64,000 bases of DNA, taken from a virus. The notes beneath the pieces are model-generated. The model did no database searches. It was not told the DNA's origin and saw nothing but the letters and a program-made list of their open reading frames with translations. Positions 28,544 through 37,833 of the stretch are shown piece after piece. The stretch lies in IMG/VR virus record IMGVR_UViG_3300042922_000911, positions 31,823 through 95,822 of that record; one strand, written 5' to 3'. Positions within the stretch are counted from its first letter, which is position 1; each line of letters starts with the position of its first letter. A program made the position numbers and the translations under genes.

Positions 28544-28642
28544 ACCAATTTAGTTACACAGGAAGTGACGACCTTGGTCACTTTTTATTTACCGAAACAG
28601 TTACACAGGAAAAGCCACCACACAACCCTTAAGGAGCGCCCC

Positions 28643-29122
28643 ATGCGATTCTACGTCGCCACAACCTTCGACAATTGGGCATTGGCGGAACGCTACGCCA
28701 ACGCCCTGACCTCGGCGGGCTACACTTGCACCTTGCCCTGGTGGAAGTACCACCCGAGCCAGCGGCCCAAGGGCATGCCCGTGGATCTTCAAGCGATTGC
28801 CCGGCAGGAGGTCGAGGCCGTCGAGAAGTCCGATCTGTTGTTCCTGCTGCACCCGGCCAAGGACGGCTCTCACGTCGAGCTGGGCGTCGCCCTCGCCAAC
28901 CGCGCCGAGGTCGTGGTCGTCGGGCCTGACGTGGACGACGAAACGGCGTGCATCTTCTACCGGCACCCGGCGGTCATGCGAATTGCGCTCGAGGCCGAAG
29001 CGTTCCTGACGAGCGGGGGGCCTGCGAAGCTCGCTGACTTCATCTGGCATAACCGGCTCGCCCCGTGGGCCAACGCTGCTTACCACGAGCTCGGCACGGC
29101 CGCCGCGATCGTCGAGGCCTGA
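28643..29122 (+). CDS. Nucleoside 2-deoxyribosyltransferase-like / nucleotide N-hydrolase
   Basis: FYVA...VEKSDLL...GSHVELGVALA; RBS AAGGAG; preceded by two TTACACAGG sites. Confidence 0.7.
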   Translation: MRFYVATTFDNWALAERYANALTSAGYTCTLPWWKYHPSQRPKGMPVDLQAIARQEVEAVEKSDLLFLLHPAKDGSHVELGVALANRAEVVVVGPDVDDETACIFYRHPAVMRIALEAEAFLTSGGPAKLADFIWHNRLAPWANAAYHELGTAAAIVEA

Positions 29123-29285
29123 GCCCGTGTGGGCCGGCTGGGAAACTCCGACGCTGGCTTTCTTCACTGTGGCGACCCTGGTAGCCGTCGAGCTGCTGCG
29201 CCCTCGCCTTTCCCCTGACGCCCACAACGACGCCCAAGACCAACATGACGCGCTGCCCGATCACGACGAGAGGGGGTAAGCCGCC

Positions 29286-29588
29286 GTGACGAAAAAGTAC
29301 AAATACGCCACCGCGCCCGCTTCCGTCTGCGAATACTGCGGAAAGCGGCTGCGTAGCTGGTTCAACACCATGCACCGCAAGTGTGAGATCGCTTATTTCG
29401 CGGTTCTCGAAAGCCCCGAGTTCATAGCGACCGAGCCCGAGCCCGTGCATGAGCGCCTGGTCGGCTTCCCGCCCGCCACGTTCTGCGCCTGCTGCCGACG
29501 CCTCGACAACAGCATTCAGCCGAAAAGCGTGTGCCCGTGCGGCTCCCCGATGGGGCCGCCGCCCGTATCTTTCAGAACCGAAAAATAA
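29286..29588 (+). CDS. Cys-rich zinc-finger hypothetical protein
   Basis: CEYC, H.KC, CACC, CPC motifs. Confidence 0.45.
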   Translation: MTKKYKYATAPASVCEYCGKRLRSWFNTMHRKCEIAYFAVLESPEFIATEPEPVHERLVGFPPATFCACCRRLDNSIQPKSVCPCGSPMGPPPVSFRTEK

Positions 29589-29622
29589 ACGCTTAATTTT
29601 TCGCGGGTTTATTTTTCTTTTA
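29580..29622 (+). terminator. AT-rich hairpin terminator
   Basis: GAAAAATAAAC...GTTTATTTTTC-TTTT. Confidence 0.5.
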
Positions 29623-29633
29623 TCAATTTTGGT

Positions 29634-29673
29634 GGCAGAAAACGGCCCTCGATCGGCTCGCATTCTGCATAAT
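29634..29673 (+). promoter_or_regulatory. Phage-specific promoter GGCAGAAA-N26-CATAAT
   Basis: Conserved box and spacing; a CTACACAGG variant site lies just downstream at 29684. Confidence 0.6.
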
Positions 29674-29751
29674 CGCCTTAACGCTACACAGGAAATGTTT
29701 CGCCGTTTCGCCCAGGCATGAGCCCTTAACTCTGCTGAAAGGAAAAATAGA

Positions 29752-31554
29752 ATGACCGAGTACGGAACCCTCCCACAGCCGCCCGAGCTTTCCACTTGCC
29801 TGTGTGGCAGCGGCTCGCGGTTCTACCAATGCTGCAAGAAGCACCCCGATCGCCGGTTTCTCGTTCAGATGCTCTTCGGCGACGGGCTCGAGGTGTTCGC
29901 GCGGGCCTCGACCGATGCGAAGGCCCTCGCCGTGGTGGACGCCGCCGAGGCCTACCAGATGCAGAAGATGGTCGAGGAACAGGTCATGGGCCGCGTGCTG
30001 ATTCACGACGACCCGACGCGCTTCCTGTTCGTGCCCAAGGGCGTCTGGTCGCGGGAGCTGCGCGGCCGGTTCCCGTTGTGGGTCGCCCTCGAGCGCATCG
30101 GCTTCCACGCCATGGGCCACCCCGCCGAGGCCGTGAAGCAGCCCCACATGATCGCGCCCCCCGGCCCGCGCGGGCTGGCGCTCGCCATGGCCGCACAGGG
30201 CGAGTACGAGGTCTATACCTACTTGCGCCTGATGGAGAGCCGCGAGGCGAAACAGGTCCTCACGGCCAACGAGATCGCGCTTGAGCTGCGGATCGACTTC
30301 AACGAGGCGATCGCCCTGCTCGACGACGTGGCCGAGAAGGTGCGCGTCGCGAACCTGACGCCCGACGACCAGGCCGAGGCGATCGCCCCCTCGATCGAGC
30401 GGAACGCCCTGCTCGACCTCCCCGACATGGACGAGGCCACCAAGAACGCCGGCCCGCCCATGAGCCTGAGCGACGCCCTCGCCGACGGCATGCCGGGCGA
30501 CGTGCGCGCGGGCCTCGACGCCCTGCTCAAGGACGTGGGCAACGCCATCGAGGCCGACGGCCTGACGCCCACGTTTGAGAGCTGCAACGGCGCGGGCCTG
30601 CTCGAGGTGACGGAGGCCGACGGGGCGATCGCCCTCGACTTCCCCCCGCAGCCGGTGCCCAAGAACCTCGACGAGGACACCGAGGCGGCGATCGCCAGCC
30701 GCACCCGCGCCCTCGCGCGCGAGCTGGCCTTCGCGCTGTACCGGCAGCAAGTCGGCCTGGACGCCGAGATCGTGCGCGCCACGGTCATGGACATTCTGAG
30801 CGAGTACGACAGCGTGGCGGCCGAGCTTGCCGAGGTCGAGGCCGTGCAGGGCGACGGCGAGGTGACGGTCGTCCTGAATGTGCCCCCCGATTCCCCGCTC
30901 GTCGATCTGATGCGCGCGGCCGCCCGGCTCTTGAACGAGGCCGGTGCGCTCGACACGCCCACGATCGACGAGCATGTGATCGTGGATTGGGATGCCGAGG
31001 TGAAGGACCTCGCCGGCCAGTTGGGCATGGCCCCGCTCGACCTGACGAACGCGGTGCGCTACGCGACGACGCAGCTCTTGCGCCATGAGGTCGAGGGTTT
31101 GCCGCTCGAGGCCGGGCATGTGGCGATCGCCCTGAACCTCGACCCCATCACGGCGCGCGAGGTCATGCGCCTCGCCGTGCTGGAAGTCGCCGCCATGGAG
31201 CCGGGCGAGCGCAACCACCTCATGGGCATGATCGGCTCTGTGCTGCCGTGCCGCGACTTCACGCCCCATGAGCGGTCGTATGCGGTGGTGGCCCTGCTGC
31301 GTCACCGGGCGATCGGCGGCATGCTGGCCTGGAAGCACCTCGAAAACGTGTTCGGCCTGCGCGCCTTTGAAGCCTCGCGCCTGGGCGTCGAGGCCATGGC
31401 GATCGCCGACATGCTGACGGTGAAGCGGCCCGACCTGTACGACGAGGCCATGCGCTTCTGGGCGACGCAGCCCCCGACGGGCTCTGACACCTTCCTCGCG
31501 GACCTCGACGAGGTGGTTCGGGCGTGGGTGCCGGAAGGGGCCGCGCATGCCTGA
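29752..31554 (+). CDS. SEC-C motif protein, 600 aa, function unknown
   Basis: CLCGSGSRFYQCC at the N-terminus; acidic helical remainder. Confidence 0.7.
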   Translation: MTEYGTLPQPPELSTCLCGSGSRFYQCCKKHPDRRFLVQMLFGDGLEVFARASTDAKALAVVDAAEAYQMQKMVEEQVMGRVLIHDDPTRFLFVPKGVWSRELRGRFPLWVALERIGFHAMGHPAEAVKQPHMIAPPGPRGLALAMAAQGEYEVYTYLRLMESREAKQVLTANEIALELRIDFNEAIALLDDVAEKVRVANLTPDDQAEAIAPSIERNALLDLPDMDEATKNAGPPMSLSDALADGMPGDVRAGLDALLKDVGNAIEADGLTPTFESCNGAGLLEVTEADGAIALDFPPQPVPKNLDEDTEAAIASRTRALARELAFALYRQQVGLDAEIVRATVMDILSEYDSVAAELAEVEAVQGDGEVTVVLNVPPDSPLVDLMRAAARLLNEAGALDTPTIDEHVIVDWDAEVKDLAGQLGMAPLDLTNAVRYATTQLLRHEVEGLPLEAGHVAIALNLDPITAREVMRLAVLEVAAMEPGERNHLMGMIGSVLPCRDFTPHERSYAVVALLRHRAIGGMLAWKHLENVFGLRAFEASRLGVEAMAIADMLTVKRPDLYDEAMRFWATQPPTGSDTFLADLDEVVRAWVPEGAAHA

Positions 31555-33253
31555 GCTGCGTTACCTGAGCGTTTGCAGCGGCATCGAGGCGGCCACGGTG
31601 GCGTGGCACCCGCTCGGCTGGAAGCCCGTGGCCTTTTCCGAGATCGACAAGTTCCCGTGCGCCGTGTTGGCGCACCATTACCCCGATGTGCCCAACCTGG
31701 GCGACATGACGAAGATTCACGAAAGCGAGGTGTTCCGTGGGGCAGCTATCGATCTCTTGGTCGGCGGAACCCCCTGTCAGGCCTTCTCCGTCGCCGGCCT
31801 CCGAAAGGGATTGGCTGATCCGCGTGGTAACTTGGCGCTCGAGTTCCTTCGATTGGCTGACCTCAAGCGTCCCCGGTGGATTGTCTGGGAAAACGTCCCC
31901 GGTGTCCTGTCGAGCGCAGGAGGACGGGACTTTGGTTCCTTCCTCGGGGCGTTGGCTCAGCTCGGGTATGGGTTCGCCTACCGAGTGCTTGACGCTCAAT
32001 TCTTCGGAGTGGCCCAAAGACGCCGCCGTGTGTTTGTTGTCGGCTACCTTGGAGACTGGCGGCGTGCCGCAGCGGTACTTTTTGAGCGCGAATGCCTGCT
32101 CGGGCATCCTGCGCCGAGCCGAAAAGCGGGGCCGCACGCTGCCGCCGTTCCTGCTGATGGCCCTCGAGCAGACGGCAGCGGCCGGGGAAAAGGAAGCGAG
32201 CTGACGCAGGCGCTCACGGGCAGCTTTGGGACCGGCGGGCCGGATGCCGCTCACGCGCAGGCCGGGTGGCTGGTGCCCACGCTCGACGACCAGGCGCACG
32301 CGGGCGACACGATGCTGCCCGAGGTGACGCACACGCTGCGCGCCGACGGCTTCGACGCGAGCGAGGACGGCACGGGCCGCGGCACCCCGCTCGTTCCCGT
32401 GGGCCTGCCCGATACGGCCTACTGCATCACGGCGCGCGAGGGCAAGGGGCCGGATAGCGACGTGACGACGACGTTGGTGCCGGTTCCCTTCGACACCACG
32501 CAGCTCACCAACCCCAACAACCGGCAGAACCCACAGCCGGGCGCACCGTGTCATGCCCTCGCGTCGCACGCGCACCCCCCGGCGATCGCCTACTCGATTC
32601 AGGAGCGGGGCCGCGAGGCCGGGCGCGCGCTCGAGTGGAACGAAGACGTGTCGTATGCCCTCACGGCCCCCGCCGCTGGCGGCCGCGCGAGCGAGCGGCA
32701 AGTCGCCTTCGCGACGCCGGAAGAGCTGGACGGGGCGATCGCCGAGAATACGCCCGAGATCAGCGACCCCATCACGGCCAACGAGGGGCGCACTTACACG
32801 CATGAGGGAACCAACAACTTCCGGTTGCGGAACGTCGTGCCCGCCATGCCCGCCTACGGCGTCAGGACGGCCAACACGGGCAGCAACGGATGGGGCGTGG
32901 CCGAAGAGGCCATGCACACGCTCGACCTCGCGAGCCCCCACGCCGTCGGCTATCGGTTCGGCGTGCGCCGGCTGACCCCTCGGGAGTGCGAGCGGCTGCA
33001 AGGGTTCAGGGACGACTACACGCTGATTCCCGGCTGGCGCGCGAAGCCTGCGAGCCAGGAAGAGCGCGACGAGGTGGCCGCCTACCTGATGGCCGCAGGC
33101 CACCCCCTCGAGCAGGCGCGCGAGCTTGCCACCATGCCCGACGGCCCGCGCTACAAGGCCCTCGGGAACAGCATGGCCGTGCCGGTCATGGCCTACATCG
33201 GGCGCAGGATTGAAGAAGTCGAGGCGGCGATCGCCGCAGGGGAGGGGCAATGA
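31547..33253 (+). CDS. DNA (cytosine-5) methyltransferase
   Basis: SVCSGI (motif I variant), GGTPCQ, WENV, QRRRR, RRLTPRECERLQGF, YKALGNS. Confidence 0.93.
   Translation: MPELRYLSVCSGIEAATVAWHPLGWKPVAFSEIDKFPCAVLAHHYPDVPNLGDMTKIHESEVFRGAAIDLLVGGTPCQAFSVAGLRKGLADPRGNLALEFLRLADLKRPRWIVWENVPGVLSSAGGRDFGSFLGALAQLGYGFAYRVLDAQFFGVAQRRRRVFVVGYLGDWRRAAAVLFERECLLGHPAPSRKAGPHAAAVPADGPRADGSGRGKGSELTQALTGSFGTGGPDAAHAQAGWLVPTLDDQAHAGDTMLPEVTHTLRADGFDASEDGTGRGTPLVPVGLPDTAYCITAREGKGPDSDVTTTLVPVPFDTTQLTNPNNRQNPQPGAPCHALASHAHPPAIAYSIQERGREAGRALEWNEDVSYALTAPAAGGRASERQVAFATPEELDGAIAENTPEISDPITANEGRTYTHEGTNNFRLRNVVPAMPAYGVRTANTGSNGWGVAEEAMHTLDLASPHAVGYRFGVRRLTPRECERLQGFRDDYTLIPGWRAKPASQEERDEVAAYLMAAGHPLEQARELATMPDGPRYKALGNSMAVPVMAYIGRRIEEVEAAIAAGEGQ
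31737..32204 (+). CDS. Overlapping alternative-frame ORF inside the C5-MTase, M.EcoHK31I beta-like
   Basis: 155-codon open frame; SS.RW.SSGM...E....N..E.P.....C.LS..LET...FL.......RRA..RG pattern; codon bias of the main frame changes over this span. Confidence 0.6.
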   Translation: MGQLSISWSAEPPVRPSPSPASERDWLIRVVTWRSSSFDWLTSSVPGGLSGKTSPVSCRAQEDGTLVPSSGRWLSSGMGSPTECLTLNSSEWPKDAAVCLLSATLETGGVPQRYFLSANACSGILRRAEKRGRTLPPFLLMALEQTAAAGEKEAS

Positions 33254-33546
33254 TGGGTGCCGACATGTATCAGCTTCGCGTGAGCGACGACCTGGGCGCG
33301 ACGTGGCGCGACGTGGTGCCGGTGTTCTCGGTTCGCGTGGCGCGCGAGGCGGCTTTCTGCTACGCCGCCGGCCACCGCGACGCCCACGCCGACAGTCAGG
33401 ACGCCGCGATCGGGTTCTTGGCCCCCGCGCTCGTCTTTGAGCTCGTCAAGGACGGCATCAGCCGGGCGATCGCCCCCCTCGAGCTGCCGCGCAACGCCCG
33501 CGACGTGTGGGAGTGCGACGACCCGGCGGCCGTCGTGGTGAGCTGA
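33250..33546 (+). CDS. Hypothetical protein
   Basis: ATGA overlap, RBS GGAGG. Confidence 0.5.
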   Translation: MMGADMYQLRVSDDLGATWRDVVPVFSVRVAREAAFCYAAGHRDAHADSQDAAIGFLAPALVFELVKDGISRAIAPLELPRNARDVWECDDPAAVVVS

Positions 33547-33547
33547 C

Positions 33548-33802
33548 ATGGACTTGTTCACGCCGCTCAACGGCTCCATGTTGCAGCTCGCCGAGAACAT
33601 CAGCGATCGCGACCACGCCGAGGGCTTCGCGAAAGCGTGGTTCGCGGGCTACTCGCTCGCCTGGACGCTCTACCACCACGGCGGCCGGGAGAACGCCCCG
33701 GCCCCGGCGGATATGAGCTTTGAGCTGCGCCCCCGCAAGGCGGGCGAGGGCGAGGTGCAATCCTTCGCCCTCAAGCCGACGGTTGCGCTCGAGGGGGATT
33801 AG
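33548..33802 (+). CDS. Hypothetical protein
   Basis: Tightly packed in operon. Confidence 0.5.
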   Translation: MDLFTPLNGSMLQLAENISDRDHAEGFAKAWFAGYSLAWTLYHHGGRENAPAPADMSFELRPRKAGEGEVQSFALKPTVALEGD

Positions 33803-33805
33803 CCC

Positions 33806-34756
33806 ATGGGCCGCGTGAACCCCGAAGAGCAAGCGAAGCGCGTCGCGACGGTCGTCGCCATGATGCAAAAGGCCGTCAAGGAAGGCCGCAAGGTCAAGCC
33901 GGATGCCGTCGCGCAGGCGATCGGCGTCAGCGCGCCCACGGCCCGCAAGCTGATCGAGGCGGCCGAGCGGATCGTCGGCACCAACGCCATGGCCGAAATG
34001 ATAGTCAAGAAGCACCGAGAGCCCGGCCCCGCGCCGAAGGCCTCGACCCCGCCTGTTACACAGGAGAAACCAGCCAAGGGCAAGCCGGGCCGCAAGCCCA
34101 AGGGCGTTACACAGGAAGACCGGGACGCGGCGATCGCCGTCGAGGCCGAGGTCGTGCCCCCGGCCAAGGGCGGGAAGCTGGTCGCCCTGGACGGCGGCAA
34201 GAAGGGCAGGAAGGGCGCTCGCGAGCCGGTCGAGGACAAGGGGCACGGCTCGCAGACCGTCGCGCTCCCCGCGGGCGTCACCTCGTCGGGCGTGCCGGCC
34301 GAGCTGCGGGACACGCCTTTCGAGATTCCGGTGCAGCTCGTCGCCATCACGCAGCGATTGAACGCCATGATGGACCGCGCCGAGCTCGACTTGCAGATCA
34401 TGCGTACCTGGGTCTTCGGCAACCCCGAGGGCCAGCGCGTGCCGGGTATGTGCGAGGGCTGCGGGGAGGACTACGCCCGCGCGTTTCCCGATCGCCCCAT
34501 GTCGATGTTCGGCCCCGCCGGCACGCCGACGGACGTTGCGAACATGTACAAGACCTTCACCTCGATCGTGAAGGAGGTGACGAAGGCCCTCGAAACCCAC
34601 AACGACGTGCAGGCGACGTTCTTCACGCTGCAACAGCTCGAGCGGTTCATGGACGACACCGCGCGCGCCGTGCGTGACGTGTGCCCACAGCACGCGCAGG
34701 CGATCGCCGCGAAGATCCGCGAATACCAGATGGAGTACCGCTCCAATGGCCGTTAG
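33806..34756 (+). CDS. Probable terminase small subunit (N-terminal HTH)
   Basis: PDAVAQAIGVSAPTARKLI HTH; helical C-terminus; directly upstream of the large terminase. Confidence 0.55.
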   Translation: MGRVNPEEQAKRVATVVAMMQKAVKEGRKVKPDAVAQAIGVSAPTARKLIEAAERIVGTNAMAEMIVKKHREPGPAPKASTPPVTQEKPAKGKPGRKPKGVTQEDRDAAIAVEAEVVPPAKGGKLVALDGGKKGRKGAREPVEDKGHGSQTVALPAGVTSSGVPAELRDTPFEIPVQLVAITQRLNAMMDRAELDLQIMRTWVFGNPEGQRVPGMCEGCGEDYARAFPDRPMSMFGPAGTPTDVANMYKTFTSIVKEVTKALETHNDVQATFFTLQQLERFMDDTARAVRDVCPQHAQAIAAKIREYQMEYRSNGR

Positions 34757-34770
34757 GAAGCCGGGCAACT

Positions 34771-36852
34771 ATGGCAGTTAGGAAGACGATCGACCCTGAC
34801 GAGGCTTACACGCGCTTCGCCAACAAGCTCGAGGCGGGCTTAGACCGCACGGGCGAGGTCGTGTCGCTCGTCGAGTTTTTCGAGGGCAAGGAATGGGCGG
34901 GCATGCGCCTGCGCCCCCGGCAACGCCTGCTTTCCAAGGTAATCGACAACGCGGTTAACTTCCGGCCGCTCGAAACCGACATGGCCGTGATCCGGCTCGA
35001 CGAGCAGCACGCGCCCAAGGGCTACAACGCGGATAAGTTTGAGGCCGTCATGCCTCACTGTACCTGTCGCGACGCCGACGGCTACGTGCTGTATGACGAG
35101 CTGGCCGACTACGAACACATGAAGGCGCGCAAAAACGAGTACGCGCGCATTTACGAGAACCTGGACCCTGATTCCGACGACCCGGTGACGATCGTCCTGA
35201 TCATCGGCCGTGGTGGCGGCAAAACCACATGGTCGGCGGGCGTGGCGGGGCACCAGGCGCACCGGGTTCTCTCGCATGACGACCCGCACGGCCTGTTCGA
35301 CCTCGAAAAGCTGAAACCGCTTGCGATTCAGAACGTCGCGACGGCCAAGAAGCAGGCCAACGAGTTCTTTCAGGCGTTCATCAGCCTCATTCGGCGCATC
35401 AAGTGGTTTGACGGGCGCTATCGCCCGCCGACCGCTGATCTCGTCGAGTTCTCCGACGACCTCGCGGCCGAAAAGTCCTCGAGCAACAGCAAATCGGGCC
35501 GTGGCCGCGATACGGTCGTCTACATTCACGACGAGATCGCCTTCTCCGACAAGACCGACGGCCCGCGAAGCGACAAGGCGCTCTTCGACGCCATCTATTC
35601 GGCCGTCAAGACCCGCGCCAAGGGCAAGGGCATCGTGCTTGTGTTCAGCTCCCCGGCAGAGGCCGACGGCGTGCTGTACGAGCTGTACAGCCAAGCCGAG
35701 CGCGGCTTGCTGGAAAACAGCATTGTGGTTCAGATTGCGAGCTGGGAGATCATTCCCGGCGAAACCAAAGACACCTACAAGGCGCAGTACCGGCGGGATG
35801 AAGACGTGGCCGACGCCGAGTTCGGCGCGCAGTTCTACCGGGGCGCTAAGAACCTGCTGCCCTTCGTGCGCGACAAGTTCGCCTCGATGGAGGGGCATTA
35901 CCGGGCGATCGCCGGGTCGTCGTTCCCGCTGGCCTTCAATTGGGTCGAGGCGATCGACGAGGACACGCTTGCCCATTGGGGCCGGAAGCTGAAAGTCGAG
36001 CGCAAGGGCTACGAGAGCGCCGAGCAGTACCGCGTCAAGGTTGCCGAGGCGCTATTCAAGTGGTGGCGCAAGTTCCCGCGCACCATCCATATCGACACGT
36101 CGGAAGGCAGCGATCGCACCGCGCTCGTCATGTGCCACGTCAGGGGCGGGCGCGTGTGCGTTGACCTCGTTCGGGCGTGGGATCGCGAGGTCGGCTATAC
36201 CCTCGAGCTGGTGCCCTTCGTGAAGATGCTCGCGAGCTACCTCGACGTTCAACAGGTCAGCTTCGACCAGTTCGCCTCGATCCAGGCCAAACAGGACTTG
36301 GAAGAGGCCGGGCTGAACGTCATCAAAATGCAGTTCACGGCCCAAACGAACGACGCGATCGCCCGCAATATACGTCAGGTCGTGCTTGAAGACCGGCTCG
36401 CCATGTACCCGATTCCCGAAGAGCTGCGCGATCGCATTCCGCGCCTGCTGGATTCGGGCGAGCCATGGGACGAGGATTCGACGCTGTGGCCCTACGTGAG
36501 CGCCTACATTCTGCGCGAGGAAATGGCCGTCGCCAAGAAGACCATGAAAGGCCGTCTGATCGCCGCCGAGGCCCCCACGGCCGGCATGACGCAGACCGAC
36601 GACACGCTCGACGCGCTCATGGCCTGCGTCTACCAGGCGATCGACCTCGCGGGCGGCGCGGCCAACTTCTTCACCATCCCGCGCACCGCCGCGGGCCTGG
36701 GCGAAGACGACGAGCTGCCCGAGAACCGTCGCCCCGGCCGCGAGCTCGTCGAGGTGGAATGCCCCCACCACGGCGGCCGCGTCCTCGTTGACCCCACGGA
36801 TCGGATCGTGGCCTGCCCCGAGTGCGGCCACGGCATCCAGACCCGCATGTGA
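34771..36852 (+). CDS. terL: Terminase large subunit
   Basis: LRPRQ, Walker A IIGRGGGKT, Walker B VYIHDEIAF, coupling FSSP, AEFGAQF, nuclease IHIDTS / FDQF / DD.LDA; C-terminal Zn ribbon. Confidence 0.88.
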   Translation: MAVRKTIDPDEAYTRFANKLEAGLDRTGEVVSLVEFFEGKEWAGMRLRPRQRLLSKVIDNAVNFRPLETDMAVIRLDEQHAPKGYNADKFEAVMPHCTCRDADGYVLYDELADYEHMKARKNEYARIYENLDPDSDDPVTIVLIIGRGGGKTTWSAGVAGHQAHRVLSHDDPHGLFDLEKLKPLAIQNVATAKKQANEFFQAFISLIRRIKWFDGRYRPPTADLVEFSDDLAAEKSSSNSKSGRGRDTVVYIHDEIAFSDKTDGPRSDKALFDAIYSAVKTRAKGKGIVLVFSSPAEADGVLYELYSQAERGLLENSIVVQIASWEIIPGETKDTYKAQYRRDEDVADAEFGAQFYRGAKNLLPFVRDKFASMEGHYRAIAGSSFPLAFNWVEAIDEDTLAHWGRKLKVERKGYESAEQYRVKVAEALFKWWRKFPRTIHIDTSEGSDRTALVMCHVRGGRVCVDLVRAWDREVGYTLELVPFVKMLASYLDVQQVSFDQFASIQAKQDLEEAGLNVIKMQFTAQTNDAIARNIRQVVLEDRLAMYPIPEELRDRIPRLLDSGEPWDEDSTLWPYVSAYILREEMAVAKKTMKGRLIAAEAPTAGMTQTDDTLDALMACVYQAIDLAGGAANFFTIPRTAAGLGEDDELPENRRPGRELVEVECPHHGGRVLVDPTDRIVACPECGHGIQTRM

Positions 36853-36879
36853 CCCCCCTGCCCTTAACAGGAGAACACC

Positions 36880-37254
36880 ATGAACACCCTGCAAACCCCG
36901 ATTGACACGCAGTTTGAACGCTTCCACGCCGCGAACCCGCGTGTGTTTGAGGTCTTCGTGCAATGCGCGCTCGAGGACGTGGCCGACGGCAAGGCCCCGC
37001 GCGCCAACAGCATCTTTGAGCGCATGCGCGACGACCTGACGCTCAGCACGACCGGCGCACCGTTCAAGCTCCCCAACAACCTGCGCTCGCGGTACGCGCG
37101 CCTCGCCATGGTCGAGTGCCCCGAGCTGGCCGGTGCGTTCAAGATCGCCCGGCTCAAGGCCGACCCCGACGAGCTCGGGTCGCTGGCCGAGGCGATCGCA
37201 CAGGAAGCGAGCATCAATGGTGCTTGCGCCGCCGAGGGTGACGCCCATGCGTAG
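36880..37254 (+). CDS. Conserved phage hypothetical protein (paralog of 41181)
   Basis: FERFHAANPRVF...IFERMR...NNLRSRYARL. Confidence 0.65.
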   Translation: MNTLQTPIDTQFERFHAANPRVFEVFVQCALEDVADGKAPRANSIFERMRDDLTLSTTGAPFKLPNNLRSRYARLAMVECPELAGAFKIARLKADPDELGSLAEAIAQEASINGACAAEGDAHA

Positions 37255-37468
37255 GGCCTGCCAACTGTGCCCCACGGGCCGGGCGTGGGCCTGGGCGACC
37301 CTTTGCTCGAGGTGCGCGGGCATCCGGCGGCAGCTCGGCGCGTCCTACCCGCGCCGGCCGTGGTGGCCGATCGCCGTCGCGGCCGGGCTGCTGGCCCTGA
37401 ACGTCGGCCTGGTCGTGTGGGCCGTGTCGGTGCCGCCGGCCGCGCCTACGGTGCCCCATGCCCCGTGA
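37247..37468 (+). CDS. Small membrane protein with CxxC pairs
   Basis: C..C...C..C then a hydrophobic helix. Confidence 0.4.
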   Translation: MRRACQLCPTGRAWAWATLCSRCAGIRRQLGASYPRRPWWPIAVAAGLLALNVGLVVWAVSVPPAAPTVPHAP

Positions 37469-37833
37469 GGCGATCGCCCCGCCAGCGCGTGACCCGCTCG
37501 CGTGCCCGGCGTGTGGGCATAGCCCGGTGCATTCGTACTACGGCAAGAGCTGCCCCGATTGCGGGTGGCGCGAAAGGGGCCTCCCCGACGAATGAGCGCA
37601 AGAACGCCGGGCGACGCCGATCGCGCGGCGTTCTGACGTTCGGCCCCCGAATGAGCATATATAGAAAAGGCCTGTTGTCTCGGCTGTCGATGTTACACAG
37701 GAAAGTTACAAATCGTTGTGCTGTGTGCCCTAGCGGATATGTGTGGTGGCGGATATTATGGGGAAGTCAGGCGAGGTTGTTGCCCCGCCCGGCAGGCCAC
37801 CACAACCCCTTATCTAAATGGAGGACACCCCTT

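Noticed and set aside
25216-36852. Inteins or introns in nrdJ or terL
   Set aside because: No intein terminal motifs, homing endonuclease domains or frame breaks seen
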